This document shows positions 9,272 to 22,500 of a stretch of DNA of 64,000 nt, piece after piece. The DNA is from Entomortierella parvispora E1425 (Eukaryota; Fungi; Mortierellomycota). The DNA is taken from assembly GCA_020891255.1 (NCBI GenBank), contig BQFW01000013.1:1364001-1428000 (forward strand). The letters run 5' to 3'. Positions within the stretch are counted from its first letter, which is position 1, and each line of letters begins with the position of its first letter. Below the pieces are notes generated by a model. It did no database searches. It was not told where the DNA came from and was given only the letters and a program-made list of their open reading frames with translations. The position numbers were made by a program, and so were the translations under genes.

Positions 9272-12200
9272 ATGGATTCGCCCAGCGAAACCAGGTCTCC
9301 TGCTACACACTCTGACATGCCCTCGCGGGATGTTTCTGTGGATATCTCTACTCCAGTTCCCTCCACACCTGATCAGGCTAGGAGACCACCAGTCGATGAC
9401 GTGCTGGAGCAGAGGATCCTTGAAGATTCCTTCGATACCGATGCCTGGTTGACCATCCTTCACGAGGCAGAGAGGGATGGCGAGGTGGCCAGGGTCCGTG
9501 ATGCGTATGAGAGGTTTTTAAAAGTATTCCCTACGTCGGTAAGTTCTCGTTCTTTTCAGGATTGTCATGAAATGGAGTTGTCCCTTGATCCACACCTCGT
9601 GTTTTGGTACAAACAGAACAAGCGTTGTGCGAGTAAAAAAATAAAAGAAAGCCAGCTCTCTCATCTCGCTGCTGTGATGAATAATACCAAGAGTCCATGT
9701 GTGCTGATGCACGTTTTTCTTCTCTTTGCATACCCTCTTTCACCTTCTGGGATGCCTCCCTGCCTTCACGAACAACACAATAGTCCAGACACTGGATCCA
9801 GTATGCCGAGTTTGAGCTCAAGCACCATCATTTCACCGAGGTGGAAGCCATCTTTCAGCGCTGTCTTCGATCTGTGCTTTCCGTAGAGCTATGGAAATAT
9901 TACTTGAATTATATCCGCCGCATTAACACCGGTCCTGAGGCAAAAGACATCATCACCAAAGCATACGATTTTGTTTTGCAGCATGTTGGACTCGACCGTG
10001 ATTCGGGTCCCATCTGGAGCGACTATCTCTTCTTCTTGAAGTCTGGACAGGTAGATGGCACACCCTATTCGATGTTTGCAGGATAAAGTACCTTCTCTCT
10101 GTTACTGACCATTTCTTTTCTTTTGTTTGTTCTTTATTCTTCGATTGGTTTCTAGGCTCAAAACACCTGGGAAGAGCAGCAAAAGATGGATGCAATGCGT
10201 CGAGTCTACCAAAAAGCTGTTTGCATCCCCCTTAACAACATTGAAAACATCTGGAGGGACTATGACTCTTTCGAAAATGGACTCAACAAACTGACGGCGA
10301 AAAAGTTTCTACAGGAGCGCTCCGCAGGATACATGACTGCCCGTATGATGCTGAAAGAGCTTCGGAAACTGACGGACGGAATCAACAGAACATTGCTGCC
10401 CAGACCCGTCAAATGGACGGAAAGAGAGCTGCATCAACTGGAGCAGTGGAAGCGCTATATTCGATGGGAGCGATCTAACCCACTGAGCCTGGAAGACCCT
10501 GCCATGTTATCCGCGCGGGTGGCGTGGACTTATAAACAAGCGCTCTTGTCAATGCGGTTTTACCCCGAGATCTGGTTTGAAGCTGCAACATACTTTTCAG
10601 AAATTGGTCGCGCTGATGAGGCCGTGTTACTGTTGAAAAATGCGACAGAAATCATGCCAACCAGTTTTTTGGTGCACTTTGCGTACGCCGAGATGGAAGA
10701 GTCCCGCAAGAATTTCAAGGAGTGCAGGGCCTCCTTTGAGGCTCTGATCAAGAACCTGACCCTGAAGATTGACGAGATGAATAACCGCGTGAATGAGGAG
10801 ATTCAAGTTGCCAAGGCAGCACTTATGGCGGAGCAGCAGGCTCTCGATGGATCGACGACTTCTACCAAAAAAGTTCGAGACATTGAGGAGGTGGATGGTG
10901 AGATGCGAGAGAGAGATCGTGAAGAGCTGAAGAAGCGTAATCGGGATTTGCTGCTGTATGAAAAGTTGGCCCGCAAGGAGGTGGAAGAGATGATTAAAGG
11001 TGCAGGATTGGCCTGGATCATGTTTATGCATTTTGTCCGCCGGACAGAGGGGACTTCTCAGTGGAGACAGATCTTTGGGCGGGCGCGTCGATCAAATGGC
11101 TGCCCCTACCAGGTCTATATCGCAGCAGCCTTGCTCGAGTACCACTGCACGAAGGATCGGGTGATTGCTGGCAAAGTGTTTGAATTGGGGTACAAGTCCT
11201 TCAGCGACGAGACAGCGTACGTCGAGCAGTACCTTGAGTTTTTGATTCAACAAAATGACGATAGCAACGCCCGCGCTCTTTTTGAGCGAGCACTCATTAC
11301 CATGTCGCCCGAGATGGCTCGCCCACTCTGGGAAAAGTTTTCCGAGTACGAAAACAAGTACGGCGATCTTACGGCAATCACTAAAGTCGAGAAGCGTCGT
11401 CGAGAGGTGTATCCCAACGACTCTGTTCTGGATCGGTTCGCAGCACGATATTGCTATAACGACCTTAAGGTCATCGAGGAGATGGATATGGGTGCCAGCA
11501 GTAAGTTTCAGCCAGGTTTATTGTTATGTCATTGATGTCTATTTTGCATTTCTAACAGCTTTTTGTTTCTTTCTTCCACTCTCGGTTTAGTTCGCAAGAA
11601 CATTCATGTGCCAGCATTGACAGACTTCTCAAGTGACTTCCCAGCGCCGCCAGCGGTTGATCTGGATAACGCATCTCGTCCAGGTCGTCGCCCCCTGATG
11701 GAGCCTGTGCACCCTGATCTATATCCTAGGCCAGATTTGGGAATGTGGACCTCTTTCCGTGTCTACCCTGAAATGATCAGGAAGCCACCTCCAACCTCTC
11801 GCGAGAACCATGCCCGCCCAGGAGACATGGACATAGTCCCACAACCTCACGGGGATCGAGTTAAACATGAGCAGGACGACGACACTGACATGCGCGGACC
11901 CAGTGGATTTGCATCTCGGCCACCACCGCCTCCTCAGTTGGCACCAGCACTGCCTCAGCAGATTATTGGCTCTCCTTCCCACCATACACCACCTGCTATT
12001 GCTCCTCCAGTAGCCCCAATCCCACCGTCAATGGCACCATTGCCACCGCTGCCTCTTGCAGGAGGGGCACCTTTGGCGGTCCCTGGATGGACTGCAGGAC
12101 CTCACGGCTTAATTCCCGATGCCCTGGCATTCTTTTTGTCCAATCTCCCTCCAGCAAGTGCCTTTAATGGCCCGGTTTTGGCACCACAGGACATTCTTGA

Positions 12201-12717
12201 TTTGGTTCGAAGCTCTCAAATCCCGGCAGGACAAGCAATGGTTATTCCACCACCCGTTCCTTCAAGTACTTCATTACCACCACCCCAACAAAACCCGTTG
12301 ACTGGAACAGGAGGAGCAGGTCATAGAGGACGTGATGGACATGATGGATACCGCGGCGGACCAAATGATCGTGATTTGCGCGATAACCGGGATTCCCGAG
12401 ATAACTTCCGTGACCACAGAGATCCTCGTGACTCTCGCGATATGCGGGACTCTAGAGACTCCCGAGACTCTCGCAGTGACAGGATCGATCGGGGCGGAAG
12501 AGGAGGAGCTGCCGATCGTGGAGGATTCCGTCCTCGAGGTGGACCGGGTGGAGGTCGAGGGGGCGGTATCAAGCGTAAAGGGCGCGAATATGATGATGAC
12601 AATGGAGGTGGTGGCAGTGGCGGTGGAGACTATCGCAACCAGATGCCCGGCGTCAATCGTCCTCCAGAATATGATTTGTTCCGGGCGAGGCAACAACGAA
12701 AGGCAAACATGGATTAA
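9272..12717 (+). CDS. RNA14: mRNA 3'-end processing factor RNA14 / CstF-77, 4 exons, ~1001 aa
   Basis: Exons 9272-9538, 9784-10050, 10156-11500, 11591-12717; HAT repeats (FQRCLRSVLSVELWKYYLNY, WKRYIRWERSNPL, FYPEIWFEA), Pro-rich hinge, Rna15-binding segment and C-terminal PPEYDLFRARQQRK. Confidence 0.95.
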
Positions 12718-14049
12718 TGGCGTTTCCCGAATAAAAAGCCTCGTTTGGGCATTTTCAATTGTTGCCTTTTTATGTCGAATAGTTTCGTAGGTAAAAATAT
12801 TCAAGGTCCAACGGTATCTGCAGCGGAATTTTTTTGAGTTCTGACACCAAAGACGAAGAGGGAGAGACAGGAGAGAAAGGGAGCTAAGGGTGGAGAGAAC
12901 ATCCAAAACGACACTGTCTTCATGATTGGCGCTGAAAGGAAGATATCACCGGCCTGCTGGGTCAAAATCGATCTTTGAAGAGTCATTCGTTTACAATGGC
13001 ATCGAGCAATGAACTGGAGGGGAATGGAGAGACAGCGAAGGGTTGTGGCGGTGTCTTCTTGTGAGCCAAGCTGTTGGACGCCGTGTGCAGAGTTTGAGCT
13101 CACTGAGCACCAATTTGCCCCCTTCCAGGACCTTCCAATGAGAGAGAGCCAAATTTCCGCAGCGCTTTGCGCTGGACCAGCAGTTCAGACTCAAGACAAG
13201 TCAATTGAGTTTTGAGCTGGCAAACTTCTCCACGCCTGTCACTGCTCGACTGGCAGAAATATGTCAGCAACAGAGGGAGATGACCTTGGCAAAGGAACAG
13301 GTTTGCAGCCATCCACCTGGCCATCCAGCCTGTCCGGTACTGCAGCAGGAAAAAAAAAAGAGGCGACGACCGACAACCAAGGTCGCTGCTCAACTCAACT
13401 CAAGGGGTCGGAGTCGAATTTGCCAAGCCCAATCACATATAAATTGGTAAGTGCCGCGCCCACCTGCCCAGAATTTTTTTCCCTTTTTTTCTCTCTCTCT
13501 CTCTGTCTCCTCTTTTCGTTTCTTTCCTTCCTTTCCTTCCCCCACTCCCACCCATCCACGCCATCCCTACCACTCATTGCGTTACCTTCGCTCTTCCTTC
13601 TTGTCTCTCTCACAAGTCGTTCGACCTCCTCGCTCCCAACAGTCTTTACTCACTGCACATCCGCACACCCCCAACACCCCCAACACTCACAGTTCAGCCA
13701 ACTCGTTGCTTGACTATTATCTCTGGGTCACTCTCTGTTGCCTGTTGATCTCTCGCATCAAGTTGCGTGTGTGTTCGTCACTGTGTCGTTTGAGATTCTC
13801 AGGTTGTTGTTGACCGGGAATCAATAAAACTTCACCCTTTGTGTGTGTTGTCAACTGGAGCCATCGTCGCCGTTCGCTCTGTCTATCCAGACCTCTTCTC
13901 TTTGTCGAGCATTTTGCCACCGCTTTGAAAGCAGCCCTTAACAAAATCCAAAAAAAGTCGCAAAACACAAAAACCCAAGAAAAAAAAGTAACCATCTCAC
14001 CAGCGCCCTGTTTTGCCTCCAAGCACCTCAACCAACCAACGCCTTCATC

Positions 14050-15528
14050 ATGACCTTGTCTTTTAACGATTTTATCGATCTTTCGTATCTTGACTCTCTT
14101 TCAGAACAGAACTCAATGGAGTCTTCTCTCTTCTCGGATATCTCGATCACGAACCGGTCTGGCTCTAGCGTGAGCCCTTTCGAGGATTTTGACCACAGTC
14201 GCTTCCAAGATTTGGAAGGACACTCCCGTGGTCACGCTCAAGATCAAGCACTCGTCAACCGTAACGGCAAGCGTCCCTGCTCCGCCGACAACCACACCAA
14301 AGACACAAGCAACACCACCAACACGGTCACCATCAACAACAACAACAACAGCACCCCTAGTTCTTCTCTCAACGCCGACGCTACCCGTCCTCCTGTCAAC
14401 ATTGTCTCCAACACGTTCGACATGAATGACTTTGACTTCTTGGACGCCGTCCCCAACATGAAGTGGGACTGGCCTGAGGGCGACATGTCGTGGGATGTCT
14501 CTCCACCAAAGCAAAAGATCGAGGCCTTGGCGCAGCCCCTGGATGTGGAATATACCCCAGAGCTCTCTCCCGCAATGAGTCTCTGCACCCCATCGGTCGA
14601 GCTGATCAACACACCCTATCCGTTCGACTCGGCTGCTTTCGATGAAATCAGTGCAAGCCCCTCCATCTGGAACTCTCCCTCTTCACCCTACGAGGAGTCT
14701 TTCGCCAGCGATTTCAGCGCTCCCAGCAGCCAGCAAGTCTCCAACAGTTTCGACTTTGATTTCTCTGTCGAAGAAGGCAACGGCAGTGCGTGGCAGTATG
14801 ACTTCCAGCTTTTCCCCGACCAGTCCGAGACTGCAAAGCTCAAGTCATTGATGGAGAGCCATCCTGCAGAAGAGCACGCCGCCGCTCTCACCTTTTCTCC
14901 TCAGGACTCGATCATCAATTCAACCTCACCCGTTTATGAGCTGAAGCAATCGCCTGTGGAGCAAAAGCTGGATTCATTTGCGAAAGCCAGCCCTGCCATG
15001 GACGCATTCCCTGGCACTTTTACCGTCGCCAAGATTCTCGGCCAGGATGTACAGGCCCCTGGAGCCCGTGTCGCTCCCCGAAAGATTACTCAGAGCCCCA
15101 CCAAGCCAGGTTTCCAGCCCGCGGCCAAGAAGCGTCGTCGCCGTGTCACCTCTGAGGAGGCTTCCCGTGTGGTCCCAGCCGACGATCCTAATGGAAAAGC
15201 CCGCTTCCAGTGCTCAGAATGTGACAAGACCTTCTCGCGCCCCTTCAATCTGCGTTCGCATAGGGCTACTCATGCTGGCGTGAAGCCACACGCCTGCACC
15301 CATATCAATTCAAAGGGTATCCAGTGTCACTGGACCTTCGCGCGCCGCCACGACCTCGAGCGCCATGTACGCAGCCGCCACTCTGCCGAAAAGATGTTTA
15401 CCTGCAAGACTTGCGGTGCCCGCTGCGGGCGAAACGATGCCTTCAAGCGCCATCTGGCCCGAAACGCGGCCTGTACGCAGGGCGCCCTGGATGACGATCA
15501 GGATATGGATCAAGTGAGCCATTTGTGA
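14050..15528 (+). CDS. C2H2 zinc-finger transcription factor, intronless, 492 aa
   Basis: C-terminal fingers CSECDKTFSRPFNLRSHRATH, CTH..CHWTFARRHDLERHVRSRH and CKTCGARCGRNDAFKRH; basic NLS KKRRRR; acidic/aromatic N-terminal activation-like region. Confidence 0.9.
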   Translation: MTLSFNDFIDLSYLDSLSEQNSMESSLFSDISITNRSGSSVSPFEDFDHSRFQDLEGHSRGHAQDQALVNRNGKRPCSADNHTKDTSNTTNTVTINNNNNSTPSSSLNADATRPPVNIVSNTFDMNDFDFLDAVPNMKWDWPEGDMSWDVSPPKQKIEALAQPLDVEYTPELSPAMSLCTPSVELINTPYPFDSAAFDEISASPSIWNSPSSPYEESFASDFSAPSSQQVSNSFDFDFSVEEGNGSAWQYDFQLFPDQSETAKLKSLMESHPAEEHAAALTFSPQDSIINSTSPVYELKQSPVEQKLDSFAKASPAMDAFPGTFTVAKILGQDVQAPGARVAPRKITQSPTKPGFQPAAKKRRRRVTSEEASRVVPADDPNGKARFQCSECDKTFSRPFNLRSHRATHAGVKPHACTHINSKGIQCHWTFARRHDLERHVRSRHSAEKMFTCKTCGARCGRNDAFKRHLARNAACTQGALDDDQDMDQVSHL

Positions 15529-16836
15529 TTTTTTGTTGCTGACCCCCCCTGTCGCTTTTTTTGTTGAAGCCCATGTTGTTTGCGTCGAAGGTTCTAAAAG
15601 AGGAGGGTGTGTTTTTGTGTTGAAGGACATTTGAAGGGGACATGTCTGGAATTTGTTTTCATTGCATTGAGAGACCATGTGAGAAATTATTGGGAGCTAG
15701 AGCACGGTGGACTGGCGCAAACGGGGTTGAAGACGATACCCTATCCATCTTCTCTTGCTTCTTTTTTCACCTTGTATCCATCTCAATTCATTGATGGATA
15801 CCCAGGACGATCTAATCGACCTTGACCTCTAGCCAAACATGACAACAAAACGCAATCAACATCACCATCTCTCGATGAGCATCAGACATAGGGAAACAAC
15901 GCAAGCCACAGTCGCGCAACATCACAGCCTTCTTGACGAAGACGTTTTCTTTTTTATGGACTCGAGTGGACTGTGTCGAAGCAGAACGACGAATTGACAC
16001 GAAGACGGTCCGCAGGAAGGAAGCTAAGCTTTTTTTTTTGGAACGATGATACCTTTTCTTTTTTTTTTCTTTCTTTCGTTTCTCTCCATTTGTACCCCCC
16101 CTTTTCTATTTGACGATCTTTTGGGGTATGGGGAGAGGTTGGAGAGCTGGTCGATTCTTTCCTTTATTCTCTCCTCAATCCAAATGATTTGTACATAGTG
16201 CCAGAGTTGCTGAACATGTTGCAATGTGTTCTATTAGTGTCCAGCTTGTCGCGCTTCTGAGGAGGCAAAACAATCGCAAACAGAACAGTCGCATTAAGTC
16301 CTGCGGTGCCTCACAATACGACCATCTCCAGCAACTCTTTTTTCTTTCCTCCTTCTGTTGTTTTTCTATCCACCTTCATCTGTCTATCTTTTCGACTCGA
16401 ACTCCTCGACATCGATCAACGGACCGACCGTACCGCGTTAAAAAAAAAGTCACCAAGAACCGACTCGGAACCTACGCGCTACGACAACGGACACTTGACG
16501 ATCCCTGGAACATCTCGAGTTGACGACGACAGCAGATTTCGTTTTATTGTTATTTTTCTTCTTTTTCCCTTTGTTTCCAACACCTTGTAGATAATATTGA
16601 ACCCACCCCAAATCCCCTCTCCAGAAAACTCTTTTGCATTCAGCACCCACTCCAACCTTTACTTCATAGTACCTTCGTACACAAAAAAATTAAAAAATAA
16701 TTTAAACCACTTATTGGTGGTGGCGGCGGGGAATATTTGAAAACCAGAGTTGAAATCATGACAGAAAATGAACGTGTGCATCAAAAGGGAATCTTTTTCA
16801 TTTCTTTCATTCTACACGTTTGACAAAGGGGACAGG

Positions 16837-18039
16837 ATGGATCATTTTACCACTTTATACCAATCGATCCAACGGGACATTGATGCTTTCGATCAGGATC
16901 GACGGGCCTTGGACAACTCCCTTGTTGCCATTCAGGATCGCATGGATAAGAAGGATGCCAATTCAGGCACTCTAAAGTCGTCGTCACCCGAGTTGTCACA
17001 AACGCCACCCTCTACCAAAAGCTTCTTATCCCAAGCGTTCCCTGCGCAACATCGCTCACCACCAGCAACACCTACCTTCTCCCTGTCGTCCCCGGCCATC
17101 TCACCTTTCACCACTAAGGAGAAATCTTCTGATTCCCAGGCACAGACGCCCACAAAGGATGACAGTCCTAGCCATGACCACCCACTCCTTGAGACACTTT
17201 GGACTTTGTCAGGAAACTCTTGGTCTGTCTATCGATCCTTGGTCCTTCAAGACCGATCCAATCTTCAAAGCCGCCGAGATCAATTGATTGAGCGTCAGGG
17301 CACCCTTCTTCAGGCCATGGTGGACCTGTCGACTCGTTTGGCAGAGCTGAGCAAAGACGAAAGGGTCCGAGGATTAGAATTGGCCAAGGAGGAGCGACTT
17401 CGGGAACGAGAGATTGAAATGCAGTTTCGGTTGAGAGAGTTGCAAAAGGAGGAAAAGATTCGATTGAGAGAGATTAAAAAAGAGGAGAAGGTCCGGTTAC
17501 ATGCCTTGAAGGCAAATACGACTATCAACAGCAACACTGAAAGCAGCGTGAATAGCAGCAGCAGTATCACCAGCAGTGTCGGAAGCAACAACAGCAGCAG
17601 CGTCAGAAGCATGGGGTCGAGTCACGAGAGCAAGAGTGGAGAGAGCAGTAGCAAAGCGGGACCACCGCTGGCCAACGCCGAGACGATCGCTCTGGGGGAA
17701 CAATCAGGACCCAAGCCCGCTTGGTTAGTGGCCATGGAGGCCAAGGAGGCAGCCGCAGCAGCAGCAGCGGGAGCGAGTTCAGGTACGGGATCAGGAATGG
17801 GCAGTTCAGGGGAAGTGCGCCCTACTGACTCTATCGCCATCAGTGACGGTGAAAGGCCGCCAAGGTCTTATCTTGCTAAAGGTTATGTGGCATCATCAGA
17901 AGGAGCCGCCACAATTGCAGTGGCAGCACCGGATTCACCAGACACAGCGAGCAATACCCGGTCATCGAAAAAGAGCCGAGAGGGTGTTCGGGCAGGGTAT
18001 GCTAGCCGAGTGGATGCCATTATCAACAATATCCGGTAG
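16837..18039 (+). CDS. Hypothetical protein with central charged coiled coil and Ser/Ala-rich tail, ~400 aa
   Basis: Open frame of 1.2 kb; E/R/K-rich helical segment EERLREREIEMQFRLRELQKEEK; start uncertain (16768 or 16837); no recognisable domain. Confidence 0.65.
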   Translation: MDHFTTLYQSIQRDIDAFDQDRRALDNSLVAIQDRMDKKDANSGTLKSSSPELSQTPPSTKSFLSQAFPAQHRSPPATPTFSLSSPAISPFTTKEKSSDSQAQTPTKDDSPSHDHPLLETLWTLSGNSWSVYRSLVLQDRSNLQSRRDQLIERQGTLLQAMVDLSTRLAELSKDERVRGLELAKEERLREREIEMQFRLRELQKEEKIRLREIKKEEKVRLHALKANTTINSNTESSVNSSSSITSSVGSNNSSSVRSMGSSHESKSGESSSKAGPPLANAETIALGEQSGPKPAWLVAMEAKEAAAAAAAGASSGTGSGMGSSGEVRPTDSIAISDGERPPRSYLAKGYVASSEGAATIAVAAPDSPDTASNTRSSKKSREGVRAGYASRVDAIINNIR

Positions 18040-18362
18040 AGAGGCAGAGATAAGCCATCAATCAAGATAGAACAATAAAGCCGTTAAAGACCCAATGTGA
18101 ATATGTGCTGGGTGTGTGTCGATGCAAGCAGGCACACAGAGCAGCACACATTGCATGCATGCATGCTTGCATACATGCAAAGAGAAAGGATGCTAATGAT
18201 GGAGCGCTCACACTCCGACATGATGCCACAAGGTTCGTAATATCCGCGTAGTCACGCGCCTTTATTTCATTATGCCAAAGAGGCGTCTCCTTCTCTGTCC
18301 ACTCGGGCGAGAGTGAAGGTCAAGACGGACAGCGAACGGGAGTTGCAGGACCCGTGCGAGTG

Positions 18363-18366
<4 letters not shown>

Positions 18367-18399
<33 letters not shown>

Positions 18400-18407
18400 C
18401 GACCGAC
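18367..18407 (+). repeat. Microsatellite (CAGA)8 followed by (CCGA)2
   Basis: Read directly: caga x8 at 18367-18398, then ccgaccgac. Confidence 0.9.
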
Positions 18408-19551
18408 ACTCGATGGTCCAGTCAGTGCCCCTCCACGCCATCACATCCAGCGACGGTCCCTGTCCTGTTTGTTGCGCTGTGCCTTCTCCCTTTTCTTCCC
18501 TTTTCCTTCCTTCTTTCCTTTCTTTGCTTCTGTCCTCCCTCCTCTCCGCCCGACCTCTGTCCCTTTGTCCCCCCCAGTCATCCACACACTCCCCCCCTTT
18601 CCTCATCCTCTCATCCTCGCTCCTCTTCGACACCCGCACTAGCCTCTTTCTTCCTCCCCATCCCTTCCCTATTCCCCACGCCTTTCATCGCATCCTTTGC
18701 AGCCCTGGAGAATCTCAGCTACTCTCGTTCTTGCTCCCTTTGCTGGCCACCGTCCCCAGTCCTTTACATGTGGTGCTCCTGACCCTCAAAGACCCCACTG
18801 CTTCGACCTTTTTTATCATCCAGCTTTCTTTCTCCTTGAAGATCTCTTCTACCCCACCGCCAACTGCATCTTATCCCTCTGAAAGAAAACGATAAAAAAA
18901 GGAATCCAAGCAACAATCCCAACAATAAGCAAGATAGACCAACAGGACACCGCAGTCATATCCACCGAGAACATCAAACCAAGTCAAGAACCAACGGACT
19001 ATATTCAGAGACCCACTTTACACTCACACGACCACTCACACGACGATTCTCGAGACACCTTCCTGTTACGCAGACTAGAAACGCGTCGAGTATCTCTTGG
19101 CACAAGTAGACTTCTTGTCCTCTTTCCAGGGGACCACAAGGAAAACAAAAAGTTGTTTGCAAGGTAACCACAAAACAAGGGATAGGAAATGGAGCCAAGA
19201 GGAGCGACCCAACCGACATTCAGTCTGCTTTTTTCTTGCCGGTGGCCTCGATCTTCCGTTTTGTCCCACATTCATCCCTGCGGTCTTTGCGTCCTTCTCC
19301 CTCCCCCTTTTTCGTGCTTTTCACTCGATCAACCTGGAACGGGAAATGCGGCGGGGTGGACCAACTGCATATGGGCAGGGCTAGTTGACGAGAAAGAGCA
19401 CGACATTGGTGTTGCATATTGTATTTTTATGACAGCACCACCCCAGCCATGGGGCGCCGAGACGCTGCAACTCACACACTTGTTCCCACGCCATTTTCTG
19501 TTTTAGTTGACCCCGTCTTTGCTCCGGCAGCGTCCCGACAAGGAAGCAATC

Positions 19552-22500
19552 ATGGCTGAGGAATCAGGCCCGTAAGACTAGCTGTTGTACTCTCTTGGCA
19601 ATTCTGAATCGTGAACGCAGCTTTCGCGTACAGCTTCCTCAATTTTCTTGACGTAATTTACTCTAGTGCCTCGTCCGATATGGACCTCGAGCCAACATCC
19701 ACGACGCCGCATATCTCCCAAACCTCTCGAGATGACAACATGATCCTGCCGGTGGATCTCATGATTTTGATTTTCACGTATCTGAGTCGACATCCACAGG
19801 ATCTCTTGAACTGCGCCTTGACTATCCGTCAGTGGACCCGACCTGCGCTAGAAGAACTCTACCGTCACCCATGGTCATATCTTTTCACCTACCAGTTTGA
19901 CGCCGAAGGGCGAGTTATGGACAAGCATGGCTCAATGCTCCTGCTCCGCACTCTCTTTCAAGGATGCATGGATCCCTCCAAGACTCTCTTGCCTTATGCC
20001 ACTTTTGCGAGAAGCATCAATCTGAAATGGGTCCAGGACACGTTTGATTTGCCCGAGGTCAACATCCAGACCCTGACGGGTTTTCGTTGGACAAGGAACG
20101 AGGCCCCAAAGGATTTTCTGATTCGCCACCTTCTCACTAGTCGACCATATCTCGGAGACTTTGTGCACTGCCTTGCGCCAAGACTTCCCCGTTGTCTCTT
20201 TGCGCATCTAACTGCAACCACGGCCAACAACTTCTTTGCGGAAGATACGCACGAGGCCAATGGTGCCGCCTCTACCGAGGATATGGTTGTACTCGAGGGA
20301 TCTGGAGAGGCGGATGGACAAGGATCCAGTTCACAGCATGCGCTTTCAGATTCCACAGCTGCTGGTGCCCAGATTTCCAACAGTATTGGTGACGATAACA
20401 ATACTTTGGAGTGGGAAGCATTGTTAAGCAACAACCAAGTGCTTCAGGATGCGCCTTTAGACCAGAGTCTGTTGACGACTCCCCCCCTGCTTCCAGTACA
20501 GGCGGCTGCAATAGCGTCGCCAGTTCCTCATTTGCCAGATATTTCATTAGCTCCTGAGACCAACCCTGGAGATACAGCCTCCTCGTTGAGCCAAGAAGAA
20601 CTGACACCAAATACCGCCACAGTAAACGAAGCTGAGATTACGCAAGAGCCACAGGATCCGAATCAGTCCAGCTCTACCGGTCAGGTCTATACCTTCCAGC
20701 AACCGTTCGTGGCGGACCAGTCGTCTCAGCATTCTCGCGCAACCTCTTCTGCATCTCTGGAGTCCACATGTCGCTTATTCCTTGCCCTGTGGCCCTTGAC
20801 GATGGAGCAAACACAGAGCCTTGTCTATCTGGATCTGCGTTACGCCACAGTAACGGACAGTCTCATTGCCACCCTGGCTTTTACTTGTCACCGAATTGAA
20901 TCGCTGAAGATCGCAACTCACTGGCAGGCCTTCCCGGAAACGTATTCGGTGACCGACATCGGCCTAGCTTCATTCGTACAATCTCAGAGAGCCTTGAAAC
21001 TCTTCCATGTCGAAAACCACAGAGAGATCAGTCAGGGCCACGAGCTTGTACACACAATCAACACCCTCGCCAAGTTGCATGGTTCTACGCTGGAAACCCT
21101 TGTCCTTCAGTCCCACAATTTCCAAAACTGTAATCTCACCGCTCTCGGAAAAGCCTGTCAGCGTCTTGTCAAGTTCTCGGCTCCAGGTGGAGCTCACATC
21201 TTCAGAGAGGAAATCGTGAAGTTGGCAGAAGAGTGCAAACTGACCCTGGAGCATCTGGATTTTTCAAACTCGGATATCGAAACGGAGGCTTTGCGAGCTA
21301 TCATGAGGAACACTGCCACCCCAGAGACTGCCAGAGGTGTGCTCAAGGCGCTGATTCTGCTTGGTATGGAGGATATGCTCAATGAGGCAACATGTCAGGC
21401 CATTGGAGACTATGGAGTCGGTCTAGATTGTTTCCGACTGGATATTCTCGAGTCTGAGGCCAAGGATGTCAGTATGATGCTTAGTGGTCCTTGCGCCTTG
21501 AACTTGAGGGTTTTGACTCTTGGTTGCCATGATGTCCACGGAGACCTTGCGAACGACATTCTGGGACAGATTGCCCGGAATTGTCACAATGTCGAGCTTC
21601 TGGATGTGAATCATTGGCAGTTCTCCGCCGATGCGATCGAAAAAGTATTGCGTCAATGTCGAATGCTTCGATATCTCAACATCAGTTACACGAATGTGGG
21701 CGAGAGCACAGCCAGGATAATTGCCAGGTGCCTAGGCGAGGTCAAGAAGGCTCCCATTGCTAGAGAGGACCAAAACGAGCCGTCTTCAATGTTGACCCCT
21801 ACATCCGCGAACGCGCTGTTTTCGTCCCTCATGCAGACTCCAACACCATTGAACGCTACCTCCACAACACCAACGCACGAGGTGGCCATCGAAGAGGAGG
21901 AGATTGACTGGGGTGATGATATCGACTGGGAGATGCAAGTTGATACTCATGTTGTGGCTGAGAGAGAAACTGTCGCCGAGGTTGTTGTCGAAGAAGACGA
22001 CAGAATTGATTCAATCAAGAAGAGAGGAAGAGCAAAGGATGATGAGGGAGAGGGAGACGAGAACGAAATCGACGGTGGCTCTGCCCCCAGCCTGGAGAAC
22101 AACGACCCTTACCGCCCCGAACCGTACTCGACCTCGCATGGAGGAAAGAAACAATCTCAAATTGGCCTTGTTCATCATCTTTCGAATGCTATGGATCTCA
22201 GGACCATTATGAATCTGGATTTAGATGAAGCGATCGACATGGACTTGTCTATGAGCGTGGATGAGACTACTGGCATGGACCTTGCTATGTCTCTCGATCT
22301 CGAACGATACCGTCGCAAAAGTTCAAGCAAGGACATTGAAGACTTTGAGGATTTCTTTGACGATGATAGAAATGATGAACGAGATGTGGAAATGTCGGAT
22401 GGCTCTATCGAGGGTGAGGATCTGGAGGAAAGTCTGCATCAAAGCACGAGGGATGTTAAAGGCAAGGGTGTCTACGTGGAGAGAGAGCCCTTGTTCGTTC

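Noticed and set aside
9673-9707. C-box (GTGATGA) and D-box (CTGA) in RNA14 intron 1
   Set aside because: Only ~30 nt apart, too short for a C/D snoRNA; the CTGA is more likely the branch-point region
9233-9886. ORF-track extensions running through introns (RNA14 217-aa ORF, RIO2 ..VCLNVDR.., helicase ..YGSRSL.., LSD1 ..VRLES.., PAN6 MHPILS..)
   Set aside because: Each reads past a consensus GT donor into intron sequence; spliced models restore the conserved protein
19021-19044. 12-bp tandem duplication CACTCACACGAC x2 (and AACGTGTA x2 at 5442-5457)
   Set aside because: Isolated slippage duplications in non-coding DNA; no array structure or spacers
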